Shown here piece after piece: positions 24,745 to 30,756 of a DNA stretch of 30,756 nt. Below the pieces are notes generated by a model that was not told the DNA's origin, searched no databases, and saw only the letters and a program-made list of their open reading frames with translations. The stretch is taken from contig NZ_SODD01000030.1 in NCBI RefSeq assembly GCF_004365815.1, positions 1-30,756 of the forward strand, in the 5' to 3' direction. How positions within the stretch are numbered: position 1 is the first letter of the stretch; the number at the start of each line of letters is the position of its first letter. Position numbers and translations under genes: made by a program. The stretch is from Breznakia blatticola (GTDB lineage Bacteria > Bacillota_I > Bacilli_A > Erysipelotrichales > Erysipelotrichaceae).

Positions 24745-25521
24745 TTATTTTTGATAGATCGTAATTACAAATTCAATGTCGATATCAAGTACTTCGATTG
24801 ATTCTAATCGTAAACTAGCCTCTTTACTTGTTTTATGGTAATACGGCGTCATCATGAACAGTGCTTGTAGATCGTGGTTTGGACAAGTAATTTGATCTTT
24901 TACATAGATACGATCAATAACGGATAGTTGCTCGTGCATTGTTTCTTCATTCTGGTAGGGTGTTTCGTATAACACTTGTTTTAATTGCATTAAATGATTG
25001 GTTCCAGGTTCTACACATATAAGATACCCTTTATCATGAATCATTCGTGTATATTCTTCATATGCAAATGGTGCAAATACATTGAGTAAGATATCTGCTT
25101 GATGTGCTTTTATAGGCATATGAAATATACTACTTAAGACATACTCTACATACTTGGTACGCTTTGCAGCATATTTAAGTGCACGTTTGCTAAGATCCAC
25201 TCCATATATGGTTGTATCTGGTAAAGCTTGTGCAATCGCATTTGTATAATACCCTTCTCCACAACCAGCATCAACAATCATACGTGGATGTAAATCTTTA
25301 ATGATATTGATTAATTTTTGTTGGAGGATAGTATAGTATCCCTTACTTAAAAAAAGCCTTCTGGCTTGGACCATTGCCAGTTCATCACCAGAAGTTTTTG
25401 CGCTTTTTAAATAGAGGTTTACATATCCTTCTTTTGCAATATCATACATATGATGATTCTTACAAGTATATCGATGCTCTTGTTTGTGTAAATCATGATG
25501 ACATACTGGACAAACTAACAT
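24745..25521 (-). CDS. rlmA: 23S rRNA (guanine745-N1)-methyltransferase RlmA-like
   Basis: 258 aa. N-terminal Zn ribbon CPVCHHDL...YTCKNHH.YDIAKEGYVNL, MVQARRLFL and the SAM motif DAGCGEGYY. It aligns by eye with E. coli RrmA. The TAATG junction with thiI is a 1-nt overlap. Confidence 0.85.
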   Translation of the reverse strand: MLVCPVCHHDLHKQEHRYTCKNHHMYDIAKEGYVNLYLKSAKTSGDELAMVQARRLFLSKGYYTILQQKLINIIKDLHPRMIVDAGCGEGYYTNAIAQALPDTTIYGVDLSKRALKYAAKRTKYVEYVLSSIFHMPIKAHQADILLNVFAPFAYEEYTRMIHDKGYLICVEPGTNHLMQLKQVLYETPYQNEETMHEQLSVIDRIYVKDQITCPNHDLQALFMMTPYYHKTSKEASLRLESIEVLDIDIEFVITIYQK

Positions 25522-26735
25522 TAAAATAAATCCTCTTCATCTTGGAATACTTGATTGTAATAAATGTTTTCTGATTCAGTTGTTGCTACAGCTGTATCCA
25601 GTTCGCTTTGCCAATCAAAATGTGCTTCCATTTTTTCAACTTTTGCAATATTTGGTTTTGTTGTTGGTTTCTTTGGTGTAAAGATTGTACAACAGTCCTC
25701 AAATGGTTGAATTGAAATATCATATGTATCAATTTTTTGTGCAATATCGATAATTTCCAATTTATCGTGACAAACAATTGGGCGAAGTACAGGAATATCT
25801 ACAACTTTACCAATAACATTCATTGATTCTAGTGTTTGACTAGCTACTTGACCTAAACTTTCACCGTTTACAATCGCTAAACAATTTTGCTTTTCTGCGA
25901 TTTGTTGGGCCATACGGTACATCATACGACGCATCACTGTGATTGCATAACTTTCATAGCAGTTTTTGTATATCGCTAATTGCATTTGTGTAAATGGGAC
26001 TACATGTAAGCGAATATGTCCTTGATATAGTGCAAGCTTACTAGCTAGTGCTTTTACTTTATTTAAGGCTTGTACGCTTGTGTATGGTGGTGATGCATAG
26101 TGAATACATTCAATTGCAACTCCACGTTTCATCATTTCATAACAAGCTACAGGTGAATCAATACCACCTGATAACATAACCAACGCTTTTCCGCTACTTC
26201 CTACTGGATACCCACCAGCACCTTTGATTTTATCACTCATTACATAGGTATAAAATTCACGCACTTCAACTTGAATACGTAAATCTGGTTTTTTAACGTT
26301 TACTTTTAATTCTGTGTTTTGTAGGATCTTTGTAGCACAAGCACGATTAATTTCATCACTTGAATATAAAAATGGCTTGTGATGTCTACGTGTATCCATT
26401 TTAAATGTATGAATATCACTACTTGCTTGTAAGGCTACAGCATATGCCGCTTCAATAATGGCATCCAGTTCACTAGGCACTTTCTTAGCTAACGAGAAAC
26501 TAGAAATCCCAAATACGCACTGTAGACGCTTGCTAACGGCTTTATAGTCTTCCCCATTCAGTAAGATATACATGCGATCATGACCTTTTTCATATTCTAA
26601 GTGTTCAAACTCGCGTAGTGATTTTTTTACATTCATCATTAATTGACGAATAAAGTCTTTTTTATTTTTACCTTTTGTTGATAATTCCCCAAAACGAATG
26701 AGGATATGGTTGTATTCATTAGGTGCTGTATGCAT
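25521..26735 (-). CDS. thiI: tRNA 4-thiouridine synthase ThiI (no rhodanese domain)
   Basis: 404 aa. IRFGELSTKGKNKKDF N-terminus, THUMP region and the PP-loop LSGGIDSPVA. Confidence 0.95.
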   Translation of the reverse strand: MHTAPNEYNHILIRFGELSTKGKNKKDFIRQLMMNVKKSLREFEHLEYEKGHDRMYILLNGEDYKAVSKRLQCVFGISSFSLAKKVPSELDAIIEAAYAVALQASSDIHTFKMDTRRHHKPFLYSSDEINRACATKILQNTELKVNVKKPDLRIQVEVREFYTYVMSDKIKGAGGYPVGSSGKALVMLSGGIDSPVACYEMMKRGVAIECIHYASPPYTSVQALNKVKALASKLALYQGHIRLHVVPFTQMQLAIYKNCYESYAITVMRRMMYRMAQQIAEKQNCLAIVNGESLGQVASQTLESMNVIGKVVDIPVLRPIVCHDKLEIIDIAQKIDTYDISIQPFEDCCTIFTPKKPTTKPNIAKVEKMEAHFDWQSELDTAVATTESENIYYNQVFQDEEDLF

Positions 26736-27864
26736 ATAAAATCTCCTTTAGATTCTCTAATAAGATAGACACTTCTTCTTTTGTTGTCAAGTGCGATAAA
26801 GAGATTCTTACTGCACTAAGTGCATGTTTTTCATCATAACCCATTGCTAATAGTGTATGAGATGGACTCTTTGTGCGTGTGGAACAAGCACTTTGACTTG
26901 AAATATAGATTCCTCTTTCATTTAATGCATTCATCAAGATTTCTGAATTCATCGTATGGACAGAGAAATTAATAATATATGGTGAACAAGCACGCGTAGA
27001 ATTTAGATGTACTTGTTCCATTTGTGCTAATGCATCAAATATCATATCACGCAATTGTACTACATGTCGGTAGCTTTTTTGTTGTTCCAATTGAATTAAA
27101 CGCAAAGTTTTTGCCGCAACAATACAACTTGGTGCATCAATTGTACCACCACGCAATCCTTGCTCTTGTGCTCCGCCATGAACAATTGGAACTAACTCAA
27201 TGTTTCTTTTCTTAATTAAAATTCCGCATCCTTTTACCCCATAAATTTTGTGGGTTGTAAAAGTAAATAGATCAATATTACGTAATGAAAGATCGTGCTT
27301 TCCAATTAGCTGTACTCCATCACTCATCATACAAATGCGTGTCTGACTTTTTATATAATCTGCAATTTTCTCAATTGGTTGGATACTTCCTACTTCATTG
27401 TTAATTGCCATAATGGAAAGTAGTATCGTATCTTTGCGAATGGCTTGTTGAACTTGTTCTAGACTTACAAGTCCTTCTTTATTTACATCTAAATACGTTA
27501 CCTCAAAGCCAAATAAGGCCTCTAGTTGCTCAAAAGCATGCAAGATGGATGAATGTTCAATCTTTGTTGTTATCAAGTGTTTTCCCTTGTGTTGATTCTT
27601 TAATGCGTATCCAGTAATTGCTAGTGAATTTGCTTCGCTAGCTCCTGACATAAAGAAGACTTCATCACTATGAACTTGTAACATCTCGGCAATTTTCTTG
27701 CGACTTGCTTCTACATAATCGTGTACTTGTAAAGCTGGCGTATATACACTCTCGGAATTATAAAAGTAGTTTTGGACACATACTTGATATGTATCCAAAA
27801 CCTCTTTTCTGATTGGTGTTGTTGAAGCGTAATCTAAATAGATACTAGATTTGGATGGCTTCAT
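26719..27864 (-). CDS. Cysteine desulfurase (class V aminotransferase, NifZ/IscS-like partner of ThiI)
   Basis: 381 aa. IYLDYASTTP, the PLP-lysine context FTTHKIYG.KG and the active-site loop SSQSACS. It is adjacent to thiI, like B. subtilis nifZ. Confidence 0.9.
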   Translation of the reverse strand: MKPSKSSIYLDYASTTPIRKEVLDTYQVCVQNYFYNSESVYTPALQVHDYVEASRKKIAEMLQVHSDEVFFMSGASEANSLAITGYALKNQHKGKHLITTKIEHSSILHAFEQLEALFGFEVTYLDVNKEGLVSLEQVQQAIRKDTILLSIMAINNEVGSIQPIEKIADYIKSQTRICMMSDGVQLIGKHDLSLRNIDLFTFTTHKIYGVKGCGILIKKRNIELVPIVHGGAQEQGLRGGTIDAPSCIVAAKTLRLIQLEQQKSYRHVVQLRDMIFDALAQMEQVHLNSTRACSPYIINFSVHTMNSEILMNALNERGIYISSQSACSTRTKSPSHTLLAMGYDEKHALSAVRISLSHLTTKEEVSILLENLKEILYAYST

Positions 27865-29599
27865 TGATATCGACGCCTTTCTTTACCAGGTTTTCATAAA
27901 CCCCTGGGTGTAACTTTTCAATAATGTTCATTGCAATCTTTAGTGATTTTGTATATTGTCCATTATTGAAACATAATTCTGCTCTTGTTAATTCATTGTC
28001 TACTTCTGCATATTCACTACGATATTTGTTTCCAAATAAAATTGCATTTTCCACCATAATTGCCATACCAACTAAGTTATTCACTGAGTTGTATAACGTA
28101 TAGATATAATCAATACTTTCTTCAATCTTTGCATTTAAAGCTTCTACATTTAATGGTGTAATAAGTAAAATCGCTTTAATATCTTCAATGTGCTTGTTTG
28201 CCATGATTAAGTCATCATCGTATTTTTCACTTACATTTGGCAAATGATTTTTTTCGATTTTGATGCGAATTTCATTTACGATTAATTGTAATTTAATCAT
28301 TTGTTCTTTCGCACGTTCTTCATCACTGCATGCAGATTCTAAACGTTGTTGCATTTCTTTACATTCAATTTCCAACTTTTGAACCATTGTATCCAATTCT
28401 TCGTACGATAGGAATAGCGTTGAAAATGGAACCGTGTTTTCGCTAATTACTTTCTCTAAACGGAAACGTTGTTCATTTAACTCATCAAGCATCACTTCAT
28501 CTTTTTCTAAACGTGCTGTCCAATTATCAAAACCAAAGCGCACATTTACACGGTCATATAGTTCACGAATGATTTCATAACGTTTATTTAAATCTTTTAC
28601 ACGTTCAAATAGTGGACTTACCTTTTCATGTAGTTGAACATATGCATCATTTTCTTTATCAATATCTTCTTTCACTGAAACAATACGTACTTCTAGATCA
28701 TCAATGTCTTTTTCAATGGTTGGTAAATCAACATCGCTTAGTTTTGCTAGACTTTCACTTAATAGTTCGCGAATGACTTCTAAACGTTTATCAATATCTA
28801 AGTGGTCTAAGTATACACCTTTGGCTTTACTTGAACTGTATAAATATGTAAGTTCATCAGTTGCAGCAGTAAGTGTACCTTTCAATTGTTGGTAATAATC
28901 AGGAAGTGCATGTAATGCATGTTCCAAGTTTTCAATTTCTACTTGAATTTCCATTTGTTTATCTGCAGCTTTATCAAACTCACTTGCAAACATCCATTCT
29001 TCAAAAATCGAGAACATCTCTTCGATATTTTTAATCGAGGAATCTAGATTTTCAATACTTGTATGATAGTCACTACGGTGTTCCATCAATTCCCTTTTTA
29101 GAACACGAAAGCGTTCTTTTAATGTATTGATGCTTTCACGCTGTGTATTTTCTTGTTCCAAAACCTTTTCTAGTTTTGCATCAAGAGCCAAAACAATACG
29201 ACTTGTGTTTGCAACAACTGGTTCTAGTTGATTGATACATTGATTTGCCTTCTTGATTTTCTTTGAGAAGATAAAATCATCAGTTTCAGCAAGTAATACA
29301 CTATACTCTTTTAGACCTTCTTGTGTTTTTTCGTATTCTTCTTGAAATGAAACCACATCATCTTTTAAGTTTGTATTTACCTTGCTTAATGATACAGCTT
29401 TATTTAGTTTGAATGATAAAGGAATTCCTTTAAGTTCAGTAAAACGTAATTCTAGTGCATCAAAATCCTTTTTTGCACGTTTTAATCGAATTGAACGAAC
29501 GATTAATATTATAATAATGAATGCAATTAGGATAATACCTACAATTAATATCCCCATAATTGAAACATTCTGTTTAAAAAAATTAATGAAATTTTCCAT
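27845..29599 (-). CDS. ezrA: Septation ring formation regulator EzrA
   Basis: 584 aa with GAGGTG RBS. A single N-terminal TM (ILIVGIILIAFIIIILIV) precedes a long coiled-coil repeat region. Size and synteny with thiI and rpsD match Bacillus. Confidence 0.88.
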   Translation of the reverse strand: MENFINFFKQNVSIMGILIVGIILIAFIIIILIVRSIRLKRAKKDFDALELRFTELKGIPLSFKLNKAVSLSKVNTNLKDDVVSFQEEYEKTQEGLKEYSVLLAETDDFIFSKKIKKANQCINQLEPVVANTSRIVLALDAKLEKVLEQENTQRESINTLKERFRVLKRELMEHRSDYHTSIENLDSSIKNIEEMFSIFEEWMFASEFDKAADKQMEIQVEIENLEHALHALPDYYQQLKGTLTAATDELTYLYSSSKAKGVYLDHLDIDKRLEVIRELLSESLAKLSDVDLPTIEKDIDDLEVRIVSVKEDIDKENDAYVQLHEKVSPLFERVKDLNKRYEIIRELYDRVNVRFGFDNWTARLEKDEVMLDELNEQRFRLEKVISENTVPFSTLFLSYEELDTMVQKLEIECKEMQQRLESACSDEERAKEQMIKLQLIVNEIRIKIEKNHLPNVSEKYDDDLIMANKHIEDIKAILLITPLNVEALNAKIEESIDYIYTLYNSVNNLVGMAIMVENAILFGNKYRSEYAEVDNELTRAELCFNNGQYTKSLKIAMNIIEKLHPGVYENLVKKGVDINEAIQI

Positions 29600-29622
29600 A
29601 TCAACACCTCTGCGATTATTGT

Positions 29623-29651
29623 ATCATAATTAGCGGAAGAAAAAACATCAA
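29623..29651 (-). promoter_or_regulatory. Candidate sigma-A promoter of ezrA
   Basis: On the minus strand, TTGATG (29651-29646), 17 nt, TATGAT (29628-29623). Confidence 0.5.
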
Positions 29652-29676
29652 AATAATCGATAAGTAAAGAATATAT

Positions 29677-29705
29677 TTGACATTTACCTACTGATTTGAT
29701 AAAGT
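29677..29705 (+). promoter_or_regulatory. Candidate sigma-A promoter of rpsD
   Basis: TTGACA (29677-29682), 17 nt, TAAAGT (29700-29705). Confidence 0.6.
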
Positions 29706-29711
29706 AAACAG

Positions 29712-29886
29712 GCATCATTAATAGCAGCATGCAAAGTTTTATAAATCAGCGTTTGGATCGCACTTGCGAGATAGGAGTAATTCGGCTGCCTTACTTGAAC
29801 GAAACTACATAACTCCAAACACCCTTATAGAATAATTTGTACTGTTATTGTTTTGCATTTGTAAAGCAATATAGGAGGAAACATTA
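29712..29886 (+). promoter_or_regulatory. Long structured 5' leader of rpsD (candidate S4 autoregulatory leader)
   Basis: About 175 nt lie between the predicted start site and the ATG. Long-range pairing GTTTGGA/TCCAAAC encloses the AGTAA/TTACT and CGC/GCG hairpins. S4 autoregulates via its leader in B. subtilis (established knowledge). Confidence 0.45.
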
Positions 29887-30504
29887 ATGGCTAGAATTAC
29901 AAAACCTGTTTTTAAAACAGCAAGACGTCTTAGTTTCTCAATTTTAGAAAGTGGAAAAGAATTTTCTAAAGGAAAACAACGTCAATACGCACCAGGACAA
30001 CACGGTCCTACAAAAAGAATTAAGTTAACTAACTACGGTTTACAGTTACGTGAAAAACAACGTTTACGTTACATGTACCAAATGAACGAACGTCAATTCT
30101 TCAACACGTACAAACGTGCGATTAAAATGAAAGGTGTTACAGGTGAAAACTTCTTATTCTTATTAGAGGCTAGACTTGATAACGTAGTTTACCGTATGGG
30201 ATTTGCACCTACTCGTAGAGCAGCTCGTCAATTAGTAAACCACGGACACTTCTTAGTAGATGGTAAAAAAGTTGATATTCCATCATACCAAGTAAAACCT
30301 GGACAAGTAGTTGAAGTAAAAGAAAAATCTAGAAACTTACAACTAATCAACGATTCATTAGAAGCAGTATACAAGGCACCTGCATTCGTAGACGTTGACA
30401 AAAACGCGAAAAAAGGTACTTATGTTCGTACACCTGAAAGAAATGAATTAAACTCAGAAATTAACGAACTATTAATTGTAGAGTTCTACAACCGTCAATT
30501 ATAA
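29887..30504 (+). CDS. rpsD: 30S ribosomal protein S4
   Basis: 205 aa with AGGAGG RBS. YGLQLREKQ, RLDNVVYRMGFA.TRR.ARQLVNHGH and LIVEFY are canonical S4 motifs. Confidence 0.98.
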   Translation: MARITKPVFKTARRLSFSILESGKEFSKGKQRQYAPGQHGPTKRIKLTNYGLQLREKQRLRYMYQMNERQFFNTYKRAIKMKGVTGENFLFLLEARLDNVVYRMGFAPTRRAARQLVNHGHFLVDGKKVDIPSYQVKPGQVVEVKEKSRNLQLINDSLEAVYKAPAFVDVDKNAKKGTYVRTPERNELNSEINELLIVEFYNRQL

Positions 30505-30513
30505 TACCATCCA

Positions 30514-30547
30514 AAGAGCAAGACAGATTCTGTACTGCTCTTTTTTT
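30514..30547 (+). terminator. Rho-independent terminator of rpsD
   Basis: AAGAGCA (30514-30520) pairs with TGCTCTT (30536-30542), with an inner ACAG/CTGT helix, followed by T7. Confidence 0.85.
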
Positions 30548-30548
30548 A

Positions 30549-30588
30549 AAATAACGCCCTACGTATATGTAGTGACGTTATTTTTTTT
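30549..30588 (+). terminator. Second tandem terminator-like hairpin (possibly bidirectional)
   Basis: AATAACG (30550-30556) pairs with CGTTATT (30576-30582), with an inner CTAC/GTAG helix, followed by T8. A short A-run lies on the 5' side. Confidence 0.55.
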
Positions 30589-30607
30589 AGGTGTGCCAGG
30601 CATGGTG

Positions 30608-30683
30608 CATATCTAGTTGGTGAAAGTCCAACCGCAGGTGTTACCGCTAAGCGTAGTGAACTGTTAAACATCAAATAGATATG
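30608..30683. ncRNA. Compact structured element of unknown class (76 nt closed by an 8-bp helix)
   Basis: CATATCTA (30608-30615) pairs perfectly with TAGATATG (30676-30683). An adjacent hairpin is GTTGG-tgaaagt-CCAAC (30616-30632). The element is locally richer in G+C than its flanks. Strand and function are unresolved, and it lies at the window edge. Confidence 0.25.
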
Positions 30684-30756
30684 ACTAGAAAAACAAAGAA
30701 AAAGTCATTTTATTATTTCCATTGAGATAATCTTGGAAACTATAAATTGACTTTTT

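Noticed and set aside
30608-30683. tRNA, because the element is 76 nt with a closing helix and an AGTTGGT D-loop-like string. Alternatively a firm FMN or cobalamin riboswitch call.
   Set aside because: There is no GTTCRA T-loop, and the stems do not fit a cloverleaf. The element is much shorter than an RFN element and lacks its 3' half. It also lacks the GGGAA and B12-box parts of cobalamin aptamers. I kept it only as an unclassified structured candidate.
1-30756. CRISPR arrays, tandem repeats, IS or transposon ends, prophage or integrase genes other than xerD, and known defence-system genes.
   Set aside because: I saw no regularly spaced direct repeats, no terminal inverted repeats flanking a transposase-like ORF, and no nuclease, ATPase or methylase gene sets typical of defence islands. 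I may have missed short dispersed repeats when reading by eye.

Overview
AT-rich chromosomal window from a low-GC Bacillota-type genome. The taxon cannot be fixed from sequence alone. Local gene order resembles Bacillus: nusB-xseA-xseB-ispA-dxs-tlyA-recN, cmk-der-gpsA, ezrA-cysteine desulfurase-thiI, and rpsD. I support about 32 protein-coding genes, nearly all housekeeping, plus intrinsic terminators and sigma-A-type promoters. I saw no rRNA, tRNA, CRISPR array, transposase or phage gene. The main feature is large-scale. All 12 CDS left of about 12.45 kb are on the + strand and 19 of 20 CDS to the right are on the - strand. At that convergence point sits a 28-bp sequence (12443-12470) that fits the 11-6-11 XerC/XerD dif architecture, 0.9 kb from xerD. 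I read this as the replication terminus and chromosome dimer resolution site. The only accessory-looking DNA flanks it. One part is a Zn-ribbon/HTH/DUF2087 regulator. Another is a tight 4-gene minus-strand operon: a 3-TM protein, a ClbS/DfsB-family protein, a DUF1905 protein and a 2-TM protein. The third is an 850-bp non-coding gap (9245-10094) holding an orphan minus-strand transcription unit with tiny hydrophobic ORFs, a slippery U-UUU-UUC site and a 14-nt homopolymer. Other points worth a second look are an EF-P with Arg rather than Lys at the loop tip, a promoter-terminator module upstream of a surface 5'-nucleotidase, a non-LPXTG C-terminal sorting signal on that enzyme, an apparently leaderless xerD, and a compact structured element after rpsD at the window edge. 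Protein family calls come from motif recognition by eye, without database searches, so each needs HMM or BLAST confirmation. I did not find a clear multi-gene system of novel type. The ClbS-containing operon beside dif is the best candidate.
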